A DNA stretch of 64,000 bases, taken from positions 22,382,001-22,446,000 of the forward strand of contig CATNEN010000001.1 in assembly GCA_950097015.1 (NCBI GenBank), given 5' to 3'. Below are positions 47,047-60,009 of the stretch, piece after piece. A program made the translations under genes and the position numbers. The notes under the pieces were generated by a model that had not been told where the DNA came from, did not search any database, and saw nothing but the letters and a program-made list of their open reading frames with translations. How positions within the stretch are numbered: position 1 is the first letter of the stretch; the number at the start of each line of letters is the position of its first letter. This DNA is from Macrostomum hystrix (lineage: Eukaryota; Animalia; Platyhelminthes).

Positions 47047-48309
47047 TTTTGCCCGATTCCGTAGATCCGAAGTGCAGTGTACAATGGCAGCTCTTGGGCT
47101 GTTAGCTCTTAGCAGTAGGCTTGGAAGAGCATTGCAGTTCTAAATAAAGTTTTGGACGTGTGCGCAAATTGTTTGATACTAACCAGCAGAGAGGAAGCAT
47201 CACTGTTTACTTTGCTCGTACAGCTTGAGGCAAAGCATTAGCTACCTTAGCTAAGGTAAGGTCGGATGCAGTGAAGTGCCCTTTGGCTTGGCGTGTTTCA
47301 CGAAGAGGTGCAAATGGAGTACAATATATTCAAAATAGCTCTACTGCAAACCACTAGCACTGTTGTTTGCAGTTAAGGACCAACTGTTGCTATGCTAATC
47401 CAGAGTGTCCAATGTATTGAAAAGTTTGCTGAAAAAAGACAGATGCTAATTTTCTTTACTCGTCGAAATTCCAAGTGGATTTAATCAACAGTTTCACATT
47501 CGGCTGTTCATCATGCCAAACTGGCTTACTCAGTGAGACTGGCTTGCTCAGTCCGGCTCAAACCACAACTCAATCCCGAAGCTTAGCCATCTTCTCAGCT
47601 GGGCGTCCGCAAATTACTCTCCTGTTTTCGATTAGTTCTTCAACTCCCTAGCTTCCTTCACGCATTTCGCCTGGCCAGCCCAGAACCTGTCCGGCTTGCC
47701 GAAACAACTCAGAGGCGCCCAACACACGCTTCCAGCCCCAAATCAATAAGCCGTTTGTCGGCCTTCCCATCGCGGCGGCAACAGATCAATCACTCGCCCA
47801 GCCCAGAGTCTCCCAGCTACTCCGATGGGAGCAGTGGGATAACTGAGACGCGTGGGTGTCAGCTGGATTTGGCATATTTTTTACCTAGACTTTTGTCAGC
47901 TGATCACCACTCTCTGCCGTCTCTCTTTGGTCGATTTCTAGGCCGGATAGACGGAAGCTTGATACTAGGACTTTGGTTGCTGAAGAATTGCATTATTACT
48001 AATACTAATAAACACTACGACGCTGAAAAATAGTGACCAAGTATTTGGTACTCGGAAAGCAATTTAAAATAACTGTTTGAGAAATATCTGTTTACTTTCA
48101 CTTCACTGTGATCACTAGAACTAGGAATTAGTTCTAAATGGTTCGTTCTGAAATGAGTGCATGCGTACTTTACTTATGTTGACCAAATCCTGCAACAGCT
48201 ACAGTTAACATTTTGGCTAAAAGAGGAATAAACTCTGCAATTGTGAGTGAAAATAATGTGCCATTTTTTGCGAGTATAGAAGTCCCTTGCTTTTGCGGAA
48301 CGTACCGAA

Positions 48310-49140
48310 AACAACAACAAAAACAACAACAACAACAAAATACGCTGTCAGGTGGAAAAAAACAGCGTCACAGTGCACGCTTCAGAGCCTGGGCGCGAAC
48401 AAAGGCCGCACCGCCGGCAGTGTCCGGGGCGCCTGCATCGGCCAGCAGGCAGTCGACGAAACGCCGAGCTCGGGCCTGGCCACGCCGGTAGGGTGCCTGC
48501 AGGGTTAGCAGCAGTACCTCCTGCACCGGCTGCGGGCAGTAGGACTCGGCGCGGATGATATGGCCTGCCAGCTGGAGTCGCCGAAGTCGCAGCCGTTCAC
48601 TTGGACGGGCCAGGCCGGCGCGGCGATAGAGTGCCGCGTTAGTGATCCGCTCGTCGCTGATCTTAAAGGCGGCACGCAGCAGGCCAGCGTGCGCCGCGTT
48701 GACTTGTTGTTCGAGCGAATCCGTCAGCGTCCACGTCTCGGCGTTGTACAACAGGACGGTCTCGACAGCGCCGCCCTCTGGCGATCAGGTAGGGCCTCGG
48801 ACTGCAGGACCGCCCTCACAGAATGAAAGGCAGCGCAAGCGAACCCGCAGCGACGCCGCAGATCTTCGCGGACGTCAGGTACCAGACCGCCGAGGTAGAC
48901 GAACTGCTGACAGCGCGGAAGCTCCGTTACCTGCCCGTCAGCGCTTCGGCAGAAAATTGCGGCCTCGATGTCGCCCGGCACGCAGAGCACAACGATCTTC
49001 TACGTGTTGACCATCAGGCCGACGCTCGCTGCAGCGCTAACCAGCTTATCCAGCTGGCGCTGGGCGCCCTCTACGGTCGAGGACAGCAGGGCGAGGTCAT
49101 CGGCGTAGCCAAGCACGCTGAGCCGTTTCTCCGGTTGACG
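48310..49140 (-). mobile_element. 5'-truncated RTE-like LINE (RT C-terminal part + (TTG)n tail)
   Basis: Reverse strand SVLGYADDLALLS, FVYLG, YNAETWTLT, RLQLAGHIIR; stop at 48368 followed by a (TTG)n tail at 48310-48340. Confidence 0.85.
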
Positions 49141-49319
49141 TAAAAAAATAACTCATCATTCAGTTTACCCCTGAGCACACACATTAAAATACTTACACAA
49201 GTCTTTACATCGATTCTGGACAATTCTCTAAGGAATCTCCATACAAACCCAGGACCATGGGTGCACCAATCGAACTCGAATTATTTTTTAGAAAGAAAAC
49301 CCGCAGCAATTCTACCCAT

Positions 49320-49540
49320 TCCGCTGAGCACACATGCGCATGGATAGTTTAAGAAGGCACAAACTCATACAAGTGAGATGTCTGAAGGTCATACTGCCTG
49401 ATGACTCTATCATTTTCAGGCAATGTACACTCTTACTGTACCTTGGGGATCATTCTCTCCACGCTGTACCCAATTTTAGTGTGGCCCCACCGCGGATTCG
49501 AGCTCAGCAACTATGGCGCGCTACCGCCACTCACGCCCCT
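49320..49540 (-). mobile_element. SINE family 1, old degenerate copy
   Basis: Reverse strand CTGAGCTCGAATCCGCGGTGGGGCCAC B-box region and GTGTACATTGCCTGA body. Confidence 0.6.
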
Positions 49541-50577
49541 GTGTTCAGAGTGACAAAACGGAGAAGCTTTCAAAACCGCTTTTGATCGGGTCATCCCAGC
49601 GAAGCACTTTCCGCTTCACTTTCCTAATGCGAATTTTAAACGCCCGCTTGAGTCACCAGTCTCAATTCTCAAGATCTCTTCACTGGGCAAGTATTTTGTA
49701 TTTTTCTGCCTGAATTCCTCCAGCCTCCTTCTCTCTCTGTTTGAATTTCTCCATCTGATTCCTCGCTCACTTGTCCCACAGTACCACCCCCACCAACTGT
49801 GTCAGTTCCCGCCTAGCTCCGCCTAGAGCCCAGCTAGAAGAGGTCATGAGGAGAGGGAAGAAGCCTCCGCTCCCTCCCAATGGGCTCTCATCAGCTGCTT
49901 AACAGCAATGGCTTCCAGCAGTCCAGTTTAAATTGATGAGGCCGAGGTCTTTAGTGACTCCAATCCCCCGCTGAAAAGAACACTTTGCCCGACCGCCTCA
50001 TTCTTGACCAGCGGGTCGCTGACTGGAGCTCTACTGATAGAGTCCTAATAGTGTGCAGCCTCTCAAGTGGTGTCTGCGATTCAGCGCGCATTATTATCTG
50101 TCTCTTAGAGTTTCAGTCATCAATCAGAGAGAGAGAAGAAAAGGGAATGAGAGATGGAATCAAAGAAGTGCTGCTGACTCGCTCGTGCACTATTCGCCAA
50201 TATCTCGGCGTCTGATCTCGACAGACCCCAGTCCGAGAGGTCCTTGCACTGTCCCGGTCTTCAACTCCCCTCTGACCTCCCCCGGCTTTCTGCCTCTCCT
50301 TCTTTGGCTTCTAAGTGGGTCCGGGGCTATCAGTTCTCATCGCTGGCTGAGTCTGTTAAAGTAGACTGCGAACTTTCGCCCTTGAAGTGGAACGGAAATG
50401 AAGTCACGTGACTTCAAAAGTTGATGAAAGTTGATGAAAATAATCACAGAAATAACAGACAATTTTGTGTTTGATAGTCACTGAACTTTCAGCTCGAAGA
50501 CTCCGGTCAAGAATTCAATCCAGATTGCTCTGCTCGCTGAGATGATTATAGATTATCACCGGGAACTAAGAGCTGCA

Positions 50578-50770
50578 GAGCTGGTCCTGTGACATCTGGT
50601 CCTGTGAGACCTGGTCCTGTGACATCTGGTCCTGTGAAATCTGGTCCAGTGAACTCTGTTCCTGTGACATTTGGTCCTGTGAGATCTGGTCCTGTGACAT
50701 CTGGTCCTGTGACATTTGGTCCTGTGACATCTGGTCCTGTGACATCTGGTCCTGTGACAGCTGGTCCTGC
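50578..50770. repeat. 15-bp minisatellite (CTGGTCCTGTGACAT)n
   Basis: Tandem array. Confidence 0.9.
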
Positions 50771-53700
50771 TTATTTTCCTATCTCACTTGGTTAATCAAA
50801 AGATTCAAGAATGTGAAAGCCATCCAGTAATTCGTAATTAGGTTTTAGATTGGCTAACCAGGCACTGCTAGTCTGCCCAATGCCCGGGTTCTGTGTCAGT
50901 CTTTGATCTTTTCGTCTTGCAAAAAACTGCTTTTGCTAAGTCAAGATATGAAGCTTTCCCGACTCGCAACTCCTGTCTGTTAATCCGGGATCTTACAGCT
51001 TTGGGATTTAATAATTCACCGTGGTAAGCACTCCGTCAGCCTTGCTCAGTGGGGATTTCATATTTCCCTCCTCCCAGTGGAAAAGGGTTGGCGCATTTTT
51101 GAGTAGCTCGACCCGTCAGCACTGATTTTCTAGACTTTTTGTAAAGCAAAACGATTTGCTATTCCTGCTGTTGTTGATAGTAAAGCTATTTTCCTACTCC
51201 GACTTACTTTCCTAAATCGCGGTTTTAACTTTTCAGCAGTTTTTTGTCCTCGTGTGTGACTTTGACACTCTTCAGTACAGTGCCTCAAAGTCCTAATGTC
51301 ACGCACTACTAAAAATAATCGTACCACAGGAACGATATTTTTACGCATGCGAATGACTTCGAATGATGCAGAACTTTCAGTTTTTTTTAGTATACGCTCG
51401 GTAAATGTCATGAATGAGACACACAGCGATGGCATAAAGCGATCTTCTTGAAAAACTATTACGACGAATATCGTACAAGGAATGGGCATCGGTTAACGGC
51501 TATTGGGTGCCTGTTATCGTCTAAAAGGTGTCTTATCGTAAAATAGGTGTCTTATCGTAAAATAGGCTTCTTATCGTCTAATAGGTATATCTTATCGTCT
51601 AATGGGTATCTGTTCTCAAAGAAGCGGTTCGTACTCTCACACGAAGTACGAAGTTCGAGGTTCGTACTCACTCACAGTGTCGCCGACACCTAGCCCGGTT
51701 GGCCAGATGTACAGTGATCTATTGTTACAGTCACAGTCACAGTCACAGTCACAGCTATTGTTTGGCGCTTCCGAAGGCTGTGAAAAACTGTTCAGTCCAT
51801 GGACTGGCCACAACCCGAGTCAGAACTCCAAAGCTCCACTAACCACTGGAATAGAAGCTGCATTTTGTGCTCTTCATTAAAAAGGAAGCTAAAATTATTT
51901 ATGCTTCAGCTAAATTAAATTAGCAACAGCAGCTTGAGCGGCAAAGCAATCGATGTCGCTCATTCTTCATCATTTGGTGTGCTCAAATCGACTGGCTCTA
52001 AAAGAGGCCTGCTTCTGAAACTAGGACCTGATTAGCTGTCCAGTCCTTGCCCTGCCTTTGTCAGCTGAAGCCTCAACCCCGTGAAGATTTCCCGAGATAA
52101 AAAGCTGAAAAAGGCAGAGTCGTTGATTGCTTCGCAGTTGTGCTAGCAATTAGCTAACCGAATTAACAAGTCTGATTATTTCTGAGACTATCTACAAAAT
52201 GCTCTCTTCTTCTTATTTTTTCTAGAAGTGAGTTTTGCTTCCCTTCCTCCCAGCTCTCTTCCTGAGCGTCCGGAAGCCATTAGCGCAGACCTGGCTCAGG
52301 AAATTGTTCTCTGCTCAGGAGCTCTCGGCTCTGGGGAGCGTGGACCGCCCGAGGAAATTGCGCTCCACAAGAGGCGACTCAGTTGAGTAACAGCTGAACC
52401 TGTACTCATAATCAGATGGCACTGGCTAGTGTGATTCGTGCAGTCTGAGAGCACTAGAAATCAAACCAAATATGTTTTCAAGGTGCAGGCGTTGATACAA
52501 AAGTCCAAAAATGCGAGCAACTGATATCGGCTGAATAAAAATCGACTCGACTCACCCAGAGAGCGAATTCGGACAGGGCCAGAAGACCCGGAGCCCCGAG
52601 AACCACTCGCCCGCGTCCTCTTCCCGTTCGTCAATCTCGCCCCTCACCCTCTGATTAACTCAAGGTTTTCACCATTTTCCTCCTCCCCTTCCTGCGCCCT
52701 CCTATACACCGGGTCCTCCCGTCCCCGCCTCGGCCGTCACCGCCAAGGTCCGGCCTTATTCGCCTCGGAGCGGAAGTCAATCATGACCATGGTAATTTAC
52801 TGACTCGACCGCCGGGCCGAAAACGGGGAGGCGAGGCGCTAGGGGGGTCGGCCCGCTGGCGTGGCCACCCCCCGTAATCTCCTTATCTCTTGAGGGACTT
52901 TCCGCCCAGGGAGTCCCCGTCCCATAAGCCGAGGCGCGGACGGGGGTGAGGAAACCAAGTCCGAGAAAACCTAAAGGCTTCAGTCTGACGCCCTGGCGCT
53001 TTTCTTCTGTTGGGCCCGCATGACCTTCCTCCTGCTTTGGGCGGCGCGTGCAGAAAGAAAGAGAGAAAGAGAAAGAGGGAGAGGACTCACGGGAGAACAG
53101 ACCGAGCCTGTCTTGAGAGAGGGTGTGGATTGGTGAAGCGGAGATTCTTCTACTTTCTCCTCGTCTCTCGACCCTTCCTATCCTCCGCTCTATGCTCGAT
53201 GTTGAATCCCCAAGCACGCTCCGCTTATGCATGTTATTTGCCAGTCCATTCAGCCGAAGCAACCGCAGCAGTCGCCGACATTCACCCACTACTCTACACT
53301 CTTCCACTATCGGAGCTGTTGACGGGGCGGGGTACGCCTTAGTTCCATTCCACTGGTCCCACTCCACCGACGGTCGAGTTGCTCGCTAAAGAAAAGAATG
53401 CGGCTTCAGTACAAGAGTAGGTAGTTGAGTCTGAGGTGGGCTTCATTCAGCCATAAGAGAGAACAGAATGAGACGCCGGTGAGAGGTTGGGAACAGAGAC
53501 GTCACTCATAACGGTCGAGTGGATAGCGGAGCACGCGACTACATCCTTGTCTGGCGGCTCGCTACGCCTAATCTCTCCCCAACTCTCCGCAGTTTTTTCT
53601 CCTCTCCTCCTGAACGCCCTTCGGGCTGTCCGTCTTTCGCTCTTTCGTCTCGAGCGCGCTAAAACAGACTTCGCCCAGACCAAGCTAGTAGAACTTGCTG

Positions 53701-54605
53701 GCCTTAATAAGAACTATTATAGCATGTTTGAAATGCATTGCATTTGATGCAAGACATTGCCGCATTGTTTTTAATAAGTACGTAGCAACATGCCTTTTGA
53801 CGTAACAAATCAATTTTGTTAGACTCTAAATAGAGCAAGTTAAAATCCGAACCTCAAGCCAGCGAGGTTCGATCTATTGTCGCTTACAAAACAGATTTTC
53901 ACAGATGAATTCTCGCATTGAGTCAGTGGCGCGTGTTATTCTCGTATTTATTCCAAGTGTCGGCAATCAAACTATCAAGCAAATCGAACTTGTTAAATGC
54001 GATCGCGAGGGAATGAAGAGAAGCGTGCCGCAAGAAGCAATTGGCTTTCGTTAGACGAGGAGTGAACAGACAGGCGGGGGCTACGAAAAACTCTGTGCAT
54101 GCAAAATTATTGTCACGGGTGACAGTCGAGCGTACTGAAAACAATTGACATGACTGACCGCATTTGGATTGGTGCGCAAAGACTCAATATAAAACACGTG
54201 ACAAAGATCAAGGCGTGAAAAATATGAGGAGCAGTTGGGAAGGTGTAACAAGTGAAGCCTCGATGTCGGAAACAACCTTGTTCAAGCATGCGCTTCACTA
54301 GTGTTGCGGCGGAATTCAGCAGAGAACAAGGCACTTGAGTGCGATAGATTGGATGGCGCCCAGTTCCTCATCTGAGCGAACCTTGAGTCGATGGTGGGAG
54401 AAGTGCCTCGTTGAGAGACAGAAAAAGTAGGACGGCGCCATTAAGCTTCTGCAACTCCGAAAAAACCAGACGAGTGGAATTCAGACATTGTGCTTTGAGT
54501 ATCGCTAGTTGACAACTACTATAAAGAATGAATGCCGCGAGAGAACAGAGACGGAATTTCCGAAATTAGAGGGTTGTGAACGAAATTTGAAAAGTGCTTT
54601 CTGTG

Positions 54606-55469
54606 TCACATGATGCTGCACTGGTTGCGCCGCAGGGCCTCCTGAACCCTAGCGGAGGTTGGCTTGTGCCCGAAGTCTTTGTGATCAATGGCTTTGAGCA
54701 GTTCCCGGAACGCTGTACCAACGTGCCAGTTATACTTGGCTGAGCACTCGACGAACATGCACTTCCACTGCTTGCGCACAATGTTACTAGTCTCTCTGCG
54801 AGCCTCCTTGCCTTTGTCCTTGGCTGCGTCCTTGTTGCTGCTGTCCTTCTCCGATCGACCGTTGCTGACGAGATCCGCCTTGTTGGCTGCCACCAGAATA
54901 GGCGCGTCGATGCCCTGCTCCTGGATGCGCTCCCGGATGCGCCGAACGTATGCGAACGAGGAATCGTCGGTGATGTCGAAGACAAGGACGTAGCCTGAGG
55001 CGGAGCGCAAACCGAAGCCGCGGAAATCTGAGAACTCCTGGAGTGAGTCAGTCGGAAAGTAGCTTACAGTTGGGCAGTCAACTATCCGAGCGTCGTAGCA
55101 GTGCTCGTTGACTGTGATAGATGGATGGTAGATTGTCGGCTTTCTGGTCGGTGTGTAGACCTCTGGACAGCTGCAGTGAACAAATTGCTGCACTAGGCAG
55201 GTCTTGCCTACTTTTGATGCACCCAGGACCACGATGCGGATGTCCTGTACCTCAGGACCAGGTTTTTCGGGGGCATTGTGATTCGAAAAAGCTGCAGCCA
55301 TTGATCGGTCTTTAGTCTTTGAGTCCTTCGTCTGCACCGAGTGCCCGTTAGAGCTGCCGCCACCGCTTCCGCCAATGCCGCCGCTGCCACCAACGCCGCT
55401 GCCTCCTAGGCCGCCGCTGCCACCAACGCCGCCAATGCCGCCACTTCCGCCGCCTCCATTGCGGAACAT
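54606..55469 (-). CDS. RASL10: Ras-like protein family member 10, 287 aa, intronless, Gly-rich N-terminal extension
   Basis: G1 GASKVGKT, atypical G3 DCP, FPTDSLQEF, GLRSASGYVLVFDI, NKAD, IVRKQWKCMFVECSAKYNWHV and C-terminal ALRRNQCSIM CAAX, all characteristic of RASL10A/B. Confidence 0.92.
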   Translation of the reverse strand: MFRNGGGGSGGIGGVGGSGGLGGSGVGGSGGIGGSGGGSSNGHSVQTKDSKTKDRSMAAAFSNHNAPEKPGPEVQDIRIVVLGASKVGKTCLVQQFVHCSCPEVYTPTRKPTIYHPSITVNEHCYDARIVDCPTVSYFPTDSLQEFSDFRGFGLRSASGYVLVFDITDDSSFAYVRRIRERIQEQGIDAPILVAANKADLVSNGRSEKDSSNKDAAKDKGKEARRETSNIVRKQWKCMFVECSAKYNWHVGTAFRELLKAIDHKDFGHKPTSARVQEALRRNQCSIM

Positions 55470-57431
55470 TTAGGCTTTAAACAGTGAGACTAAAAACGAT
55501 TGCACTATCTTTCTGTTTAAGCTATAAAACTCTCTTCCGATCGCCGGCTCGACTCGATTGGGTTGAGTACGATAAAGCGGAGCGTTGCAACTCTTGTGTC
55601 TCGCGCCCTCTGCCAGCTGATTCTCAGTTCTGGCTGCTCGAAGATTCACTCGCCTGTTGAATTGAGTTGTGATTTTTGCGCGATAAAAAAGTGAAAGGAA
55701 TAAAAAAGATCGGCATTTTGCCGGGCAAGAGGAGTAAAGAGGTTCAGGATCGTGGTTTGAGAGGCCTGCCGCGAGCCCATTGGAAAGCGGCTCGACAGTG
55801 GGAACAGTGGTGAAGAGGTGGTCGAACAGGAAGATTCCCGTCCTTGCACAAGTCTCATTGGGCGAGCGACAGACAAGAGAGAAATCTGCACTATGAGTGC
55901 GACCAGGACAGCAGGAAACCTGGCGGTTAGTGGAACAGGGTGGCTTTGACGGGGACAGAGGGGAGAATTTGATAATGCCAGATACGAGACTGGGGGCGTG
56001 ATTTTTGAGAAGATTTTTATTTAAAAAATGCTTTTGGATGCTAATCCTCAGAGTGGGAGCAGGATTTTGAAAAGGCGCTCAAAAAGCGACCCGAATGATA
56101 AGTGCTGGGATAAAAATCCCCATGAATTTGCTCTCGGATGCGCGCGCGATTGTTCGTGGCGTGGACCAATCCATCACTGCCTGCTGGGTTTGTCTTTACT
56201 CTCCTATTTTGTTCCTCGTGTTTCTGCTGTCAGTCTGGGCGCAGGTAGAGTGTGAGTCGATGCTGGTTAAGAAGGCTGCACTTGGTGGAGGCTCGGACAA
56301 CAGGTTGTGGGGGAGAGAGGAAGATCCAGCGAAGGAGCAGAATTGGCGTGGGTAACAAGGGACAATTGAGTAAGAGGCGGTGGTTGAGGGCGGGCTGAGA
56401 TGGGGATGAGCAGTGTCGCGGGGGAGCAGTTCGCTCCAACTCCGAAGGGCGGAAGAGAGCGAAGGGGCGAAAGCGAGAGCCAAAGCAAAGAGAAAAGAAG
56501 AGGAAATTAGTCTTTGGACACGAAATTCCTGCTCAAGTACAGCGGCCACAAGCCCCCTTAAAACCTTGTAGGAATGGAAGACAGTTTGATGTCTTCAGCC
56601 TGTCTTCTACTTCCCGTCAAACTCCCCATTTCCCATTTTTCTCGTTTCCTCTGGCTCTGTTTGGGACTGTCGGGCTGCATGTCGGGACTATTCAAGTTCT
56701 ATCAACTGAGCGTCCCATTCAGCATGTCTAGCAAGGACTTGCACTGAATCCGAACATCAAAGACTAGATTCGCATCATACAGTCACAAAAGAATTTAAAA
56801 CTGAGACGGCGATTCGAAAATTATTTCCGTTCTGAAATTTCACCCCCTCATTTCCAATGGCTGAAATAGGACTCGAGCAGAGAGCTTGGCGATTCGGTAC
56901 AATCAAAGGACTAAAAGTGTTTCAAAATCCTTGGTGAAATTGAATTTCGTCAAGCTAATAAAGCAGCTAACCTCCGGCTAATAAGGCGATGTGAATTTCT
57001 GCTTAAAGTGCACTTTTCTGCCGGGCAATAAGTGTCGGTAAATGAGTTCGACAACATGTTTGAGCCTGTTTGAACATGTTTTACCGCCTTCGCCCTTCGT
57101 TTCATTGGTACAGATGTACTGGTACTCCGTTGTTAGTCCAATGTCCTCGTACTAAACCAGTGCTACCAACCCCAGAGGACTTGACAGTAGGACTCAGATC
57201 CAACATCTGCGAGCCTTAGTAGCCTTGTCCCTGATAAATATAGCTTTTTGCATTCCATTTAATCCCCAGCTTGGCCCGGCCTATTGGCTATTAATTCTAT
57301 GTATTTATTATTTAACTGGCCTAACCCAGTCATTTAACGGCCTAGGCCGATTAAACATATAGTCTATGGTCACAGTTGCTGTAAACAGTTTTAGTAGTGC
57401 AATATCATGAGCCGGGCCAAGCTTTAGGATT

Positions 57432-57581
57432 AAATACTATAATACCCCCTGAACTCGTTGTCTATGGCCTAGGAACGGCTTCGGACTGCGCTTCTGGGCC
57501 TCGGCTTCGCATCGGCCAAGAAACCCGTCCTCAGCCGTTCGTAGGCCAAAGAAACGAAATCAGGGGGGTATTATTCTATAC
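57432..57581. mobile_element. Palindromic (hairpin) non-autonomous element
   Basis: ATAATACCCCCTGA...TATGGCCTAGGAACGGCT pairs with AGCCGTTCGTAGGCC...TCAGGGGGGTATTAT around the central GGCCTCGGCTTCGCATCGGCC. Confidence 0.65.
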
Positions 57582-59117
57582 TTAAGAATAGCTGCGTTCA
57601 ATTTTGTAATATCATATATCAAAGGTTGTCTATGGTAAAAATGATCGGAACTGCGTTTAATTTAAGAATTATCATACATCAGAGACTGTCTATGGTAAAA
57701 ATGGTCGGAACTGCATTCAATTTGAGAAAGCCTGCGTTTTATTTAGGAGCCATAGACCATGGCTTATAAAAAATATTTCAAAGAATAAGTATGACGTAAT
57801 CGTCACAGCAATTGAGAGAGGTTCTTCAGTCGGAGAGATTGCCGAAATGCTTGAAGTGAATCCCAAAAACTGTTTACACCATTCAGCGGATACTCGAGGT
57901 GACAGGAAGATTAGAGCGGATGTCACGAGGTAGAAAGAAAAAAGTAAAAACATCACATGAAGCTAACTAACCAACTTTTGCCGTTTCTGGTCAGAAGTCA
58001 GACCAGATGTCAAAAAGCAGCAAGTTGATTGAAGATTTAGCCAACTAGAACGCGAAAAAGGTATATTTGCTCAGGCATCTTTTGCTCAGGCAAGTAATAT
58101 AGCAGATAACGAAGACTATTGTGACAGCGCAGTTGCTCTATTCTGATCCGAATTTACCCTCTCGTCACTCAATCATGCTAAAATAGTTCTGACAGATTTC
58201 AGAGATGGATGCAGTCAGAGGAGAGAGGTCAGTAGGAAGACGAGGGAAAAAATTATTTAGCGCGATCGTGGGAAGACCCATCGACAGGCCGGCGAGGGCG
58301 TTCGGCAGGGAAGATTAGAAATCTTGAAATTAACTTTTCTCGAGCCTTTTCTCGCCGCTTCGCCCTTCTCTCTCCCTCTCCCTCGCGCGCCAAACAGATT
58401 CTCACGACCAATAAACAAATTGTTGAAAAAGGTCGCATGGCAGGAGCTAAAGCACTGAGAAGCGGAGATGACCGCTCGGTTGTGGTCCCTCTGGGAGCGG
58501 GGCAGACTCAATAGGCCGGGATGCCTATTTTCAACTCAAATTGGACACGAAATCATTTTTTTAAAGCAGACTTAACTTAGCGCGCTAATGCAAAAGTGAA
58601 GGCTGTGGCAAAGTGGGAGGCTGGGGGGAGTCGATGAAGAGGACTTTGAGCTGGCCTGAGCAGAAGTCAAACGCTATATAAGAAGAGCTGAGAGATTGAA
58701 TAAATTCATGGCTAGAGAGATTTCGCGTGACAAAATCGACTGGAAGGGCTCGGGTGGGGGAACCGGCAAAGAGGGCCGACCCGAGTTAACTGCGGGGATA
58801 AAAATGTAGCGGATGCCTCCGACTGAGTAGAAGGTGGCCCAATTGAGAATAAAACTAGTCTTTTTTAAAGCGGCTTTGCAGAGGAGGGCTGATGACTGAA
58901 GGGCCTGGGCCAGCTGTCAGAGTTGCGTGTAAACACAGGTGCGCTCGGGATTCACCGGCAGCAATGGGAGGCTGACTTCGCAATTGCCACCTGCAGATCT
59001 TTTTAGATGAATGCGACACTGCCTGTTTGATTTTTGCCGCACTGGGGATAAGTGCGTTTCAGTGAGGCCGAGAATCATATGCGCTATCTATAAAAGTACA
59101 TTCGATGAGGAGGTTGA

Positions 59118-59385
59118 GGAGATTGTAGCCTAGTGGTTAGAGCGTCGGACTTATGACTTGAAAGTCGGGGGTTCGATTCCCGATTTTACTGGAACGATTT
59201 GTGTCCTTTAGTACCTTGCATTAGCTGGGGTTGATTGAGGGTGGGTGTGGCGTCGATCCTGTCCATGGACTGAACAGCCGTACGCAGCCTTCAGATGCGC
59301 CGCGCAATAGCTGTGGCTGTGCTGTCGGCTGCACATCTGGCCCAATTGGGGCAGCTGTGATCAAATATTATTATTATTATTATTA
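59118..59385 (+). mobile_element. tRNA-derived SINE family 2
   Basis: A-box TAGCCTAGTGGTTAGAGC, B-box GGTTCGATTCC, unpaired acceptor stem, body shared with 41660 and 60441, (TAT)n tail. Confidence 0.75.
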
Positions 59386-60009
59386 CTGACATTAAATATG
59401 ATGGCGCCTTTTAATGTAACTTTCCTTATCTCAAAAGCTAACTTTCCTGTTCGTATTCAGCCTTAACGTAAATTTCTAATTTAAGGATTGCAGCTAATCA
59501 GTTGTTTACCCGTTCGCGAAAAGCAGTTTTATTAAACAGAAATAATTTAATTAACTTTTGTTAGTCCTGATATTTTTTCCTAGAAGTCAGCCGTTTTTGC
59601 TGAAAAAATCATTAAAACACGGCAAAACGCAGTAATATTCTCTCGTTGTCTAAGACTTTCTACTGCAAGTAGAAATGCACGAAAATAACAGATTTCTTAG
59701 CATCAGCACTGTCATACCCTGCATTAAAATTCACAGCATTGCTCTCATTGGCCACAGCCACACCCAGCAATGAAGGCACGGTCGCCACTTACCAGTAATC
59801 CAGATGTTAAATTGTAGCTTTCCCAACAAAAATAGTCTTTGCCGGGCTGTGTTGACCCACCTGCGATTTTTATCCGTGTCTGTATTCTCAGCTGTTCTAG
59901 ATGGTCGATTCTTTAAGACCGAATGCACGCACGAGGCTACATAACAGCAGCAGAAATTGTTCAAAGCGCATCTGAAACGCGCTTTCACTTCTGAAGCCGC
60001 CACAGTACA

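Noticed and set aside
52777-53747. ORFs of 78-196 aa
   Set aside because: Non-ATG or low-complexity, overlapping on both strands, no domain signal.
59121-59190. tRNA-Ile(TAT)-like gene
   Set aside because: Acceptor stem does not pair and the sequence continues into a repeated body with a (TAT)n tail, so it is a SINE head.
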